DNA of 64,000 nt, taken from the NCBI GenBank assembly GCA_051294375.1, contig CM119266.1:18834087-18898086 (forward strand), written 5' to 3'. Made by a program: the position numbers and the translations under genes. The notes below the pieces were generated by a model. The model was not told the origin of the DNA, searched no databases, and saw nothing but the letters and a program-made list of their open reading frames with translations. The DNA comes from Paraspadella gotoi. Its lineage: Eukaryota > Animalia > Chaetognatha. Shown here piece by piece: positions 13,965 to 26,264 of the stretch; the stretch's first letter is position 1; every line of letters begins with the position of its first letter.

Positions 13965-15989
13965 GAAGAAAGAGTGAAGTAAATGGGGAGAGGTTAATAG
14001 AGTTAAAGGAATGTGGGGATTAGAAGGTAAAGGGGAAAAAAGTAAATAGGAAAGAAAGGAAAAGGGAAAGAAGAAAAAAGGGAAAGAAGGAAAAAATGGA
14101 AAGAAGGAAAGGGGAAAGAAGGAAAAGAGGAAAGAAGGAAAGAGGAAAGAAGGAAAAGGGGAAAGGGAAAGGAAAGGGAAGGGGAAAAGGGGAAGGGAAT
14201 CGGGAAAGTGGAATGGAAGGGGATAAGGGAAGGGAATAGGTAAGAAAAAGCAGAAGGGAGGGAAAAGGAACGGGTAAGGGAAAGTGAAAAGGAAAGGAGA
14301 AGGGCGAAGTGAAAAGGGAAAGGGGAAGGGAAGGGGAAGAAAGGCAGAAAGGAATGGGATGGAAAGTGTGGGAGGGAAAGAAAGAGAAGGGAAAGTGAAA
14401 AAGGGAAAGGGAAGGGAAAGGGGAAGGAAAGGAGAAATAAAGGGGAAGGGAAAAGGAAAGGAAAAGGGAAAGGGAAAGGAAAAGGAAATGAAAAGGAAAG
14501 GAAAAGGAAAAAGGAGGAAAGAGTGAATAGGAAGAGGGGAAGAAAGGCGGCCGCTACGATCCATCCCGAACAAAAAGACATATCAGGAACAAAGGAAAGT
14601 CGGGCGACGGGTCGGGACCAAAAATCGAATGTAGATTGGAAGAGAAAGAAAGATGAAAATCAAAAAAATAGATAGAGGGAGGAGAGAAAAGGAGAGAAAG
14701 GCAGAGCGGAAGGCAGAGGAAGGGCTCAGGTCGAAGCGAGTGTTAAAACGAATCCTGAGCTGAAAGATTGAAAAGATATAGAGAAAGATGTGGGAGTTAA
14801 GGCGGCCTTGCCTGAGGGGACTGGCTCGAGCTTGGCTTCGATCCAGGACTGGTGGATCTTTTTGTGCTCGGAGGAGAAAGACAGAACGGCGAGGCGTCGA
14901 TATCAACGTCCGTTCAAGAATGGAAGTTAGTTTCTGGCATTTTTCTATGAAAAAAAATAAAAGGGAAGTTCGTTTTTGAGGGAATTTTTCCGATCAGCGA
15001 AATCTCATTCTCATTTCATTTCTCTATTTCGTATTTAATCTCGTAATCGCCGCGTTTCTATCATATGCAATAGCATTTCTTTTTTCTTTTTTATTTTAAA
15101 TAAATTAATTATTGGCAATCTCTCTTTGCCGATTCGTTCCCTTGAGACTCTAGTCACATTGTTTTAAACTTTTCTAATAGCAATTAATCCACTATTTAAA
15201 AAAAAATTTAATTATCTTAATTTTCACAACAAATTTGATAGCAGAATTTACTATTGAAAAATTGCAGGATTACTTGTTTTACTAAATATAGACTTTAAAA
15301 ATTTTGAATTAAAATTTTTGTTATTTTCCTTTCTTGGTTTCGTTGTGTATTGTGATTTTAGAGAAAAGTTTGAATTTACGTGATCCACAACGAATTTTTA
15401 TTTTATTATAGAAAACGACAAGTTTCTGTTCACCACATACGAACCTTCATCAAGCTTCATTTTTAAAAATAAATGTAAAGAATTTTAAATAAATTTCACT
15501 ATATATTAGATTTAATTATATTCCTTTAGCATAGCAGTACAGTTAGCAGTTGTCTTCTGGAAAATAGAGGGAGCATCTTATACAACACAATAGTTAAAGT
15601 TACTTTCTGTCCTAGTTTTCTAATTAGAATATTAGACATCATCTTGTGAGAAGTCATTATTGAAAATTACAAAATACTAAAGTCTGACAGAAAGGGGTGG
15701 AGAGGATAAGCTTAAATCAAACTCTGTAATAAATAACAAACCCTGCAAGGTTTAATCAAAATGCTCTCGCTGTAGAGTTTAATAGTATTTTCCTTAAGAA
15801 TGAAGTAGTAATATAATATTCTTAATCCTAAATATCCCGAACAACACTTAAGGCGAACAAAATCATCGAAAATGCGACGGCAGAGCCGCCGCCACGAGAT
15901 CGTTTTTGTTTGCAAGAGAAAGAAACAGAACGAAAACAAGACATAACAAGACAAAAAAAAAAAGATATAAGACATTCTCCTTTTTGCCA
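7377..15989 (+). repeat. Direct duplication of ~1.4 kb: 7377-8773 and 14549-15989
   Basis: Both copies begin GGCCGCTACGATCCATCCCGAAC and end ATAAGACATTCTCCTTTTTGCCA. The offset is about 7.17 kb. Confidence 0.95.
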
Positions 15990-16103
15990 GGAGGTCACGA
16001 AAAAAACAGTGGGAAAGAGGAGAGAGAGAGAGAGAAGAGAGACCGAGAGAGAGAAGAGGAGGGAGGGAGGAGAGAAGANNNNNNNNNNNNNNNNNNNNNN
16101 NNN

Positions 16104-16137
<34 letters not shown>

Positions 16138-16339
16138 CTGGGCATAAACAACCGTCGGCGACGACTCGCGTGAGCCTTTTGTTTTCTCTTTTGTTTTCTC
16201 TTTTGTTTTCTCTTTCGTGGGTAAATAATCAAAACATAAGAAAAACAAGTTTTTGTGACTACGAAATATCGTTAATGAAGGACATTTTGTTTTTTCTTAA
16301 ACATGATAACTGAAGATCGGACAAGTAATGTATTGTATA

Positions 16340-16565
16340 AGTTAGTTGATAGAACCGTTCGAATATAAGCAGGTCCCTAAGCTTCGTGTCAGGCTGTAAC
16401 ACCATGTACAGTGCGGGTTTTTATGCGCCCCTCCTCTTAACTGCTAGGCGCGGCCACCGCGGTGCTAGAACCCCGACCTTTGCGGTTGGGAGGCGAATTG
16501 GACTTGCCTCTGGCACCAATGGGCCGCTTGGGATGAATGATTGAGTGGATTTTAGTCCACCATAA
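16340..16565 (-). mobile_element. Putative tRNA-derived SINE, copy 1
   Basis: The minus strand at 16461-16528 reads ...AATTCGCCTCCCAACCGCAAAGGTCGGGGTTCTAGCACC. This resembles a tRNA-Gly anticodon arm (CGCCTCCCA) plus a B-box-like GGTTCTAG. The body is shared with the copy at 17170-17385. Confidence 0.5.
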
Positions 16566-17169
16566 AACCTTCGATTTTTACCAAGCCAACTTTCTGCCAC
16601 TCATTGTTCAAGGAATATCTTAACTGCATCAAATATAAAATTTTTAACACATAAATAGGTTTTAGTTTTTTCTACTCAACTAAATTTTAAAATAAATGAC
16701 AATAACCACTGGTTTGCCAATGACAGCGTATTTCTACGGCGCTTGTAAATTGTCACCATTAGTACCATGTACAGTTTGTTACGACTCTTGGTGCAAGAAA
16801 CTTTTCAGCAAATATAGACAAAAAAATTTTAAAAAAACTGTTTGACTATTCTTAAATTTATGTATTTAGTACAAGAATAAATATGGCCTACTCCGTAAAT
16901 TGTTAAATTTAGTGTTATTTTGATTTTATTAATAATTGCTTCATTTAGTATAATTCTTGTTCATTCCAACTTTTAGGAATTTTAATTTAAAGTTAAACTT
17001 AGAAATTTTACTACCGCCTCTACTATACAACATTATTGCCTATGTTTCAACATTTTCACTGTGTTATGTCTCTCCAATGTTTTTTCCTCATTCATAATAG
17101 AGTCTCCCTACTCTCGTATGTCATAACCTCCACAAAAGCAAGTTATGAAGAGACCAGTAATATTGATAA

Positions 17170-17385
17170 GTGTTAATGACAGAAGCCGTCCAATACTAAG
17201 CAGTCCTCTGACCGCTTCGGATCAGGCTGTAACACCATGATACAGGCGGTTTAAGCGCCCGGACGTCCCTCTTACGAACTGCCAGACGACACGGAGCTAG
17301 AACCCCGGACCTTTGGGTGGAGGCGAATGACTTGCCTCCGGCTAATGGCTTGATGAAGGGTTAGTGATCTTTAGCTCCACTATAA
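17170..17385 (-). mobile_element. Putative tRNA-derived SINE, copy 2
   Basis: Shares TCAGGCTGTAACACCATG, GCTAGAACCCC, GGAGGCGAAT and GACTTGCCTC with copy 1, in the same order. Confidence 0.5.
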
Positions 17386-18144
17386 TTATTCAAAGAAGTG
17401 CAAAGAAAGAAGGCTAGTAAGAAAAATACGTTATTATGTTCAAAGGCAGGACAATGCCTTAAAGAAAGAAGGGAAAAAAAGCCGAATTTATCAAGAATTC
17501 AAGCATCGCAGAATTCTATTTAGAGCAACCTTGTTCCAGGCATCATTCTCTGTATGCGGGGATTTAGATTTTTTTTGGATTCACAGTTAACGTCTGGTCG
17601 GGTATTTTTCCAACAATGACATTAGAACAACTTATATAACTATTATTTCTCTTTTTCCCACTGCATTAATATAAACACACGCTTTATTTAAAATATAAAC
17701 GGTTTGGCGTCATAGTTAATCTCTCGCTGCCGCTATAACATAGAACCCTAACTGGTAGGAGATTTCTATGCCGGTGCAGCTCGCGGGTTAGATACTCGCA
17801 GACCCATGCCTTCTTAAAATCATCATTTTCTGCTGCCAAATTTGACTTTCTTATAAAACGATCGACGGAAGCAAAAAGGGTTTGAAAGGTGCGAATGTTA
17901 TTTCACTGATTATTGCTACGGTCGTTTGACATGGTCTTCTGACATATTGACACAGGCTGTATAAATATTTCCGTGTTTCAGGTTGCTTTTCTGGCCTTAA
18001 AAACGTTTATTAAGAAAATTACCTTCGTGAGAGAAAGAAAAATTGGCCGGGACGAATGTCCTCTTCAATGCCCCCTCTCTCTGCTGGGATGACTCAAGTC
18101 AGATCTGGATTGACAAAATGATGATAATTTGAACAATGGATTAA

Positions 18145-18240
18145 TGTTTAGGGGTTTTTGGTAGGGATAGCGTTTAGTCTTTAGGGGATAGAGGTATTAT
18201 GGGGTTAGGATTAGGTTAGGGATTAAAGGTTAGTATTGGT
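18145..18240 (+). repeat. Degenerate TTAGGG-like interstitial tract
   Basis: Contains TTAGGGG, GGGTTAGGATTAGGTTAGGGATTA and similar variants. Confidence 0.5.
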
Positions 18241-18849
18241 ACTGATACTTTCCCTACGCTACTCTTTCCTAACAAAAAAATTCTGGCTATAGACATGGGT
18301 GATCATTGGTTAGAATCTCGAGATCGGCAGAAACGACAGTAGCGGAGAGCAACGACCAAAAGGAGTGATGCCCATAAAGCAGACGAGGGAAGCAGCTAAA
18401 AGACAAGTTTGTCATGTGTTTGAGTCTCGCTGCTTCAGGAGCCGCAGCCAAGGGGGCATCGATGGAAAAAAGTGCCAAATAAAAAAAGGCACTTTTTAAA
18501 TAAAATTCATTAAAAAATTTTTAAATAGATATAAATTATTTTAAATTTTAAGCATTATTTAAATTATTAATTATTTAAATAATTTGTAAAATTAAATGAA
18601 TAATAAAACAATAAACAAAGGTGCGCTTGTTTAAAAAAAATATTAAAAATTGATTAAAAATATACTAATTAATTGATATTTAAATTTGTTTATTATTTGA
18701 AGTTTCGTGAGCGATTGTATCATTAAGTCAGAACGGTTTTTGATCTCTAGCACAAGAATTGTTCCATTTCCAGATGTCACTTCCTACTGTGTTCCCCTCT
18801 CTCTCGTTAAGACCTATTTCTCGGATATCATTATTATTTTTTGTGATCA

Positions 18850-20100
18850 TTTTTAGCTTGGATCTGACTTATCAGCAATCCCGACCTCTATAACTCCACT
18901 TTTTATTAACTACTTTTTCGGTCCCGTCGGTCCGCCCTCAATATTTCGGCACACACTTATATCATGTCAGAACATTCGAATTATGATAAATTATGCAAAA
19001 AAAATGTGTCCGTCCGGTCCGTCTGTCCGTCCGTCCGTCCGTCCGTCCGTCCGTCCCACCTTAGCAAAAAAAACACCATTATCGTTAACTGGATGGATTG
19101 GATTTAAATGAATGTTTGTGTGTGGATTAGGTAAGTTGTTGTGATTGGAGTGGATATTAGTTTCGAATGGAATCGGTCAGAGTGAAATGAGTTTAAAGGA
19201 AAAAACAAAAAAAATATTATTCATCTATTGAACACCAATTGCTCATGATGTGGTGGGCTGATTGACCTGGAATTTTGTATGTGGCGAGGAAAGTGTTTGC
19301 CACGATCGGCGCGCGGACATATGTGATTGAACAGGAAATCAAGTTTCGATGGGAATAGTTTGAGTGGAAATGAGTTTAATGGAAAAAAAACAAAAACCTG
19401 TTTTACTAATGATTTATGCTTTCTTTTTCCTTTTATATTAAATGTATCTGCAGGATGTATTAATAAATCAAATAATTAATCAGTTAATTAATCAATTAGT
19501 AAATAAATTAATCATAATTTAATTGAATTAGTCAAATCAATCCGGATTCCATCCCGTCCCAATCTTAGCAAAAAGCTCCATGAAACTCGTGATGGTTGGT
19601 TGTGATTTGGAATTATATTTTTGTGCCGGATGTGTGGGTAGGAAAGTGTGTTGTGATAAGCCTGGATATAGAAATTCGATGGAATCGTGTGGTGGAATGA
19701 TTAGTTTTTAAATGGAAAAAAAACATAAGTCGAATTAACTAAAATCTTTTTACTTATTTTTAACCTAATAAATACTCCAATTAATGCATAATGGATGGAT
19801 GATTGAGTTGAAATTTTGGAGTGGGTAGGTAAACGTATGACGAAGCTTTGCATATAGGTTTCAGTGAAAACGTACCAGTGGAAATGAAGTTCTTTAAAAT
19901 TGAAAAAAATATGAGGTCACATTTACTTGGAATCTTTTTATTTATTTTTAACCATGATAGATGAGATGGAAATTTTGTGCAGCCGGTAGGAAGTGATGTG
20001 AAGAAGTAGATATAAAGTTTTGACGGAATGCAAAGTGAAAAAATGATGCAATTAAAAAAAAATCTTTAAAAGCATAAGGATCTTCGCTATTGCATAAAGA
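18850..20100 (+). mobile_element. DINE-1/HINE-like element with a (GTCC)n microsatellite and internal ~150-200 bp tandem repeats, copy 1
   Basis: A head shared with 21920 onward, then (GTCC)n at ~19008-19055. After that come about five degenerate units of GAAATTTTGT..TGGGTAGGAAA..AAGTTTCGATGGGAAT..GAGTGGAAATGAGTTTAA. Confidence 0.55.
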
Positions 20101-20299
20101 GAGAGAGACCGAGAGAGTGAGAAAGAGAGAGTGAGAGAGAGAGAGAGAGGTGAGAGCAGAGAGAAGGAGACATAAAATAAAAAAATCTTAAAAGACTCCA
20201 AGATCGAGCCAGAGCCCACTAATCATATGAAATTAATGAAAACCGGGAAAAAAACGAATTGAATTTCATTGCGATAACGAATTGTTGATTGTAAACTAG

Positions 20300-20530
20300 T
20301 AATTGATGATTCGGGCCGTAATCACTTTAATTGATTGGATGTAATAGTACTTTATTGATGCCTGTAATAGAATTGATTATTGATTCGATGCAATAATTCA
20401 ATTTATTTGGATGCTCCCGTCATGATAGTCACCCTTCACTTGCTGTTCGATTGATAGTCATTCAGTTGATGCCGATGTTGTCATTCCACTTGATTCGATG
20501 ATTGTCATTCATTTTGATGCGATGATAGTC
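20300..20530 (+). repeat. Degenerate ~25-30 bp tandem repeat (TTGATTCGATG..ATAGTCATTCA-like)
   Basis: TTGATTCGATG and GATAGTCA motifs recur. Confidence 0.55.
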
Positions 20531-20999
20531 AATAAAACAAACAAAATGCGGGTAGAGTGAAAGAGAGAGAGAGAGCGAGAAAGAGCAGAGAGCAGTGAGA
20601 AAGAAAGAGGAGAGAGTAGAAAGAGAGAGTGATGAGAGAGAAAGAAATGGAATAAATCCACGAAAATCCTCGGATGAAAATAGGGATTTTTGCTATTGAA
20701 AAAAAAGCGCGGAATAAATGGCAATAATAAAAGTTTTAGAAAGGAAAAAGAATAATTCAGAATGTTTTCAAAAAAAACAGAAAACGATCACGCAAAGATC
20801 GGACAGATAGGGAACAGACACACACAGAGAGAAACAGAGAGACAGAGAAGGAGAGAGAGAAAAAGAGAGGAGGAGAGAGAGACAAGCCGCCTGCCAGAGA
20901 AAAAGAGAAAGGAAAAGAGCGATATATAAGTAATTAAAGCAGAGAGAGAGAGAGAAAGCCTACAGCCCTTTTACTCGTTTTAAAGAGATCAGCAGGTAC

Positions 21000-21082
21000 T
21001 TTGTATGGCGCCGCACGTACCGTGAGCTATTTCTCTACCCAAAGACCCGGGTTCGCGACCTGTTCGTCGCATCGTTTTTTTT
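21000..21082 (+). pseudogene. Possible tRNA-like remnant
   Basis: GACCCGGGTTCG (T-arm/B-box-like) then ...GTCGCA and a T-run. No convincing cloverleaf. Confidence 0.2.
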
Positions 21083-21919
21083 TACATTAGTGAACCCACA
21101 TTATATCTAAAAATTTTTTTTGTAAAAAAAAAAAGAGAGGAAGAGAGAGACAGAGAGAGAGAGAAAGGATGAGCTGACAGACGCTGGCAGAGCGGAACTC
21201 GTTTGTTAAAGAAGCAGTGACGGAGAAAAAGAGAAGAGAGAGCAGAGCGACATTATAATTAAAACGTTTTTGTTAGTTTTGTAAATAAAACATAAACGAA
21301 ATACCCAATATTGATATGAAACATGAGGAATTTTAAAGTATCTTTGATGATTTAGACAGCCACATATATGAAAATCTCAACTCCCATATTATATCACACT
21401 TTTCAGAAGCGATGATATGCAAAAAAAGCGAGACGCGAAAGCTTAAATCCGTGGAAAAAAAAATCTAGACAGGACGGGTCCTTTGCACCGCCTGGCGTCG
21501 ATAATAGAGGATTATTGTTTGTTTGATAAAATGTAAACAAAACAATTTTAATAACTGTCCTTGACTGCAATTTTAAGGGACATGTCGAATGGAATGACAA
21601 TCTGAATATAAATTATAATTAAATCTTACTTGAAGTAATTAAATAAATTAATCTATAATAATAATTAATCTTATAATTAATTAGAAATAAAATTAATCAA
21701 TTAATTAATTAATTAATCGTAGGCAGATCCGACATTGTTTGCTTCAAACTTGTTTTCTCAATATACGCCTTACCGCCATTTCTTGATTCTTCTTCGAGCA
21801 GAGTCTTATTTTGCGGGTCTTATTTGGGTGCGCCCGAATGGTGGAGTCGTTGTTCCAATAAACCAGCGAACAGCCCAGGGATCTCTTAGTATACAAATTT
21901 TACGTAAAAATCCTTTTAG

Positions 21920-22733
21920 TCGGATCTACTTATCAGCAGATCCCGATCTCTATAAGCTCACTTCTTTCGGGCCCGTCGGGTCCGCGCCGCAATATGGTCG
22001 GCGACACACTTTATATCATGTTCAGAACATCTGAATTATGATAAATATGCCAAAAAAAACGATGTCCGTGCCGCGGTCCGTCTGTCGTGTGCGTCCGTCC
22101 GTCCGTCCGTCCGTCCGTCCGTCCGTCCGTCCGTCCCACCTTATAGCAAAAAAACTCCCAATTACTCGTGATTGTATGGGATTGGATTGGTATGAAATTT
22201 GTTGTGGGTAGGAAACTGTTGTGATGTGAGATGATTATGAAGTTTCGAGGGAATTCAGTAGCGAGTGGAAATTGGGTTTAAATGGAAAAAAACAAAAAAA
22301 ATTATTCACTATTGAACGCCAATTGCTTTATGAGTGATAGTGGCAATTGACTTTTGAAATTTTTGTATCGATGGTGGAAGTGTGTATTAAGCTTGGGATA
22401 TAAAGTTTCGGATAGGGAATTGTGCGAGTGGAAATGAGTTAAAATGAAAAAACAAAAGTTCATATTTACTTGAAGTACTTTTTACTTAAAATTTGACTCA
22501 TAATTATTATGTTTTATTAAAAATTGGATAGATTAATTTCGAAATGGAATTTTGTGTTGTGGGTAGGAAAGTATTGATGATAAAGCTGGAGGTATAAATT
22601 TTTTGATGGGAATCGCTAGGAGTGGAAAAGAGGTTTCAAATTAGAAAACCAAAAGACACATTATTTTGAGATTTTTTAAAGTTTTCTGCCTCTGCGTCTA
22701 TCGTCTCCTCTGATGATGATTGAGTTGATGGAC

Positions 22734-22766
<33 letters not shown>

Positions 22767-24430
22767 TTGATTTGATGACCAAATACTTATGCCAATTGAC
22801 AAAAAACTGAGGCCAGTTGACCAAATTTCTTTAAAGGTGACCAAATTATTCGCCAGTTGGACCAAATTCTGCAGAGTTGGATCAAGTTCTGCAAGTGACA
22901 CGCCAGAATTATGCGCTGCGTTGACCACGATGGATTGATGCCTGGTGGAACCAATCATAGCTGCAGCTGACCAAATTGCTAATGCTCAGGCTTGATCTAA
23001 ATTATGCTAGTTGACCAAATTACGGCCAGCTTGATTAAAATTATGGCCAGTTGACCCAAATTATGCCTGTTGACCAAGATGTATCTTGTAATTGATCAAA
23101 TCTATGGTTCATTGTTCTAGCCAGAAAATGTCATAGCAGACACAATTATGTCAGGTAACCAAAATTATGCTGGTCAGTTGACAAAATGGGTATGCAAGTT
23201 GATTATTATTGCAAAGTTGAACAAGCTTCGAGGCTTCATTATCCACTTAATTATTCGATTGACGCTTGGAAGTTTTGTATGTGCAGCTAGAAAAGTTGAT
23301 TGACAGGAAACCAAGTTTCGATGGAATCTTTTGAGTGGAAATGAGTTTTAAATGAAAAAAAAAAAACCATGTTTTCACTAATTGATTATGATTCTTTTTC
23401 CTTTTATATTAAATGTATATGCAGGATTGTATTAATAAATCAAATAATTAAATTCAGTCCCACTAAGTGATTATGATCGTTTTCCCCTGTTTATATTAAA
23501 TGTATTATGCAGGATGATGTATTTAGATAAAATCAAATAGATTAATCAGTCCACGTTAGGCAAAAAGCTCCAATAACTCGTGATTGGCTGGTGGATTGGA
23601 AAGAAGATTTTGTGTTGGTAGAAAGGTGTGATAAACGAGTATAAAGTTTCGACGGTAATCGTGTTTGAGTTAAGAAGAAAAAAACATAGTCGCACTTACT
23701 AAAATATTTTAATCCCTCTTAACCTCACATAAGTACTCTAATTATATCATTAATCTGCGATGGATAGATTTCGAGTTCAAATTTTTGTTGTGGTAGAAAA
23801 ACTGTTGTATACGATGCCTTATTATGTCGCATTTATCCCTAGCACCAAATTAATCCGAGTTTGGGATGTTTTTCCGAAAACAGTTGACCGATGAAGGCCG
23901 GTGCCTTCGTAGTTCGTTAATCGGGGGTTCGGATCCCGATGGACATTGCTATTTTATAATTATAATATTAAGAGTGAGAGATTGTGTAAAGCTCTATGTA
24001 TTTTCCCTTAATAAATCTAAGCCCACACTGCGCAAGTTACACAACTAATCGTTGGGTTGCCTCTACTTCACGCTAATGTAGATATCAGATTAGATAATCG
24101 CTACGAATAAATCTACAGATATACAAGTTTGTGACCGGAGTACGAGTACGAGTGGGAAATGAGTTGTAAATGAAAAAAATTATGAGTCACATTTACTTGA
24201 ATCTTTTTTACTTATTATTTAACCCATATAATGAGATTGAGTATGAAATTTTGTGGAGCGGGTAGGAAAGTGTGCGACCTACATCACGCTCTGCTAATCC
24301 CTTTACTTTGGCGTCTCCCTGCCTCTCACGAAATGCGCGTGAGTGAGAGAGTTTTGACGGACATCTGTGCCAGTGGAAATCGCTGTTACAATTGGAAAAG
24401 ACTAAAAAGTTACATTTACTTGAGAAGAGG
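21920..24430 (+). mobile_element. DINE-1/HINE-like element, copy 2, interrupted
   Basis: Same head (GGATCT..CTTATCAGCA..TCCCGA..CTCTATAA; TATATCATG..CAGAACAT..GAATTATGATAAA), (GTCC)n at ~22093-22135 and the same internal unit. It is broken by unrelated sequence at ~22680-23230 and ~23820-24110. Confidence 0.55.
22788..23225 (+). repeat. ~19-20 bp minisatellite (GCCAGTTGACCAAATTAT-like), preceded by (GATT)n at ~22737-22770
   Basis: GTTGACCAAATT cores recur at roughly 20 bp spacing. Confidence 0.85.
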
Positions 24431-25267
24431 AAGAGAATGAGAGCAGAAAAATGAGCATAGGTATCTGTCGCCAATTGCAAAGAGAAGAGACATGAATGAG
24501 AGAGAGGAGACGAGGCAGAAGCAGAAAAATTGAGCATAAGGATCGTTTCTGCAATTGCCAAAGAGGAGGAGGACGAGAGAGAGAGGCACGAGAGACGAGA
24601 AAGAGTGGGCGTCCGCAGCGTAAACGTGTATCTCGCGCGCGGCCTGGTAATTAATTTCATTTGCATTCGAATAAAAAACGTTTCCGAGTTCCGAGTTGTG
24701 CGTTCCGCTGTCCTTTGTATTCCTCGCCCTGACCTGATATTGTAGATGGAGAGTCGCGGTGGAAAATCTCGCCCAAACGCTCTTGAATTCGTGAGTGAGA
24801 GCGCCACGAAATATGTAAATGAGAGAGAGAGAGAGAGTGAGAAGAGAGGAGACGGGAGAGGAGAGCGAGGACTATGAGAACGAGAAAGAAGAGAGAGAGG
24901 ACAGGAGAAGAGGTAGAGAGAGAGATNNNNNNNNNNNNNNNNNNNNNNNNNCTTACAAATTCGAACAAGAGGGAAAAAATTGCATTTAATGAAAGGAGGG
25001 AAATAAATTAGTCAATATCTGAAGAAGAAGATAAAAGATAAAACCACCGTAGATAAGAGAGAGAGAGAGATAAGAGAGAGAGAGAGAGAGAAGAGAGGAG
25101 ATGATAGATGAGAGGAGAGAGAGAGACGAGAGACGAGAAAGAGTAGGAGGTCGCAGCTAAGGTATCTCGGCTCGAGCTGGACATTAATTTTCATTTGCAT
25201 TCGAATTAAAAAACGTTTCCGAGTTCCGAGTTCGTTTCCCTGCCTTTTCGTATCTCTTCTCCTTTAG

Positions 25268-25547
25268 GGGGAAACGATGTGAGAAAAAAACTCCCCCATA
25301 TGGGAAAAGGATCGAACGGCTCTCTGGAATGACGTCATTACGCCCCTGAGACGCCGCCCGACGCTGGCCGATGCCGACCGACGCCGACCGAAGCCGCCTA
25401 CTCCTAGAAACGACGCCGGCAGAGCTGTTAGCGCCGTCATCGCCCCCAAGCAACGCCGAGCCCCTTTTCGGTGATCTACAAATTGGCGGCGCCACCTGAG
25501 AATAAGATGGAGTCGGAATTTTGCGAGGAAGTTGAGAAATGCAAAGA
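25268..25547 (+). other. Candidate exon (GC-rich island), product unknown
   Basis: It is bounded by a pyrimidine tract ending CCTTTAG and by AAGA|GTAAGT. No single frame is open end to end, so it needs indel errors or is non-coding. Confidence 0.25.
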
Positions 25548-25614
25548 GTAAGTATCTGTGAAAAAATTATACTGTTTTCATTAAAATTTTGTTAATCTTG
25601 TAATTTACTTACTA

Positions 25615-25660
25615 CACTGCGGCCCAAAAAAAGTAGCCACTTTTTCATATCAAAAAACTA
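25615..25660 (+). mobile_element. Tc1/mariner-like terminal inverted repeat (one end only)
   Basis: TA followed by CACTGCGGCCCAAAAAAAGTAGCCACTTTT resembles the C. elegans Tc1 end as I recall it (CAGTGCTGGCCAAAAAGATATCCACTTTT). No partner end was found. Confidence 0.4.
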
Positions 25661-26131
25661 GTATTGCATGGCTGAATTCTATAAAGATATAGAAACATAA
25701 AACAAAGCTTATTAAAAGATGAAGCAATTGGTCTAAGTCCCAATAAAATCGAGCAAAGTGTTCGAAAGTTATAGAACATCAAAATCAATTGGTACCAAAA
25801 AAAGTTTAATTTTTTTTATCAACAAGAGTCAATGATTTTTCCCTATAAAATGTTTATAATATAATATTGGCTGAACAAATTCAGCATAGAATATCTGTAG
25901 GGATAGGTGTCAACCATTTCTGACCTAAATCAAATTAAAATAAATAAATAAACTATATAATGGAGAAAGAGGTGCAAGTACAAAAAAAAAAAAATTCTAA
26001 TTATGTCAACTTATTTTTATTATTCTTTATTAATATTAAAGAAGGAAAAAATAACAATAAAACAGAGAGAGAGAGAGAGAGAGATAGAAAGAGAGAGAGT
26101 TTAATGGAATTTAAAGAGAAACTCCGAACGT

Positions 26132-26181
<50 letters not shown>

Positions 26182-26233
26182 ACCTCTTCATTTTCCCTGT
26201 AAAAGGTCGCTACTTCACCTACATTGAATATGC

Positions 26234-26264
<31 letters not shown>

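Larger units (their letters stand above)
1386..14456. repeat. ~5.7 kb inverted duplication: arms 1386-7070 and 8774-14456
   Basis: 7020-7070 is the reverse complement of ~8774-8825, and 3484 maps to 12402. The ORF track gives an identical 95-aa translation at 4305-4592(+) and 11273-11560(-). The pyrimidine tract 1386-2010 mirrors the purine tract ~13850-14456. Confidence 0.95.

Noticed and set aside
1386-14456. Large inverted repeats as Polinton/Maverick or viral TIRs, or as an rDNA palindrome
   Set aside because: No polymerase, integrase, capsid or rRNA sequence was recognised between or within the arms.
7377-15989. 1.4 kb direct repeats as LTRs of a retrotransposon
   Set aside because: No TG...CA ends, primer-binding site or gag/pol sequence was seen, and the interior is microsatellite-rich non-coding DNA.
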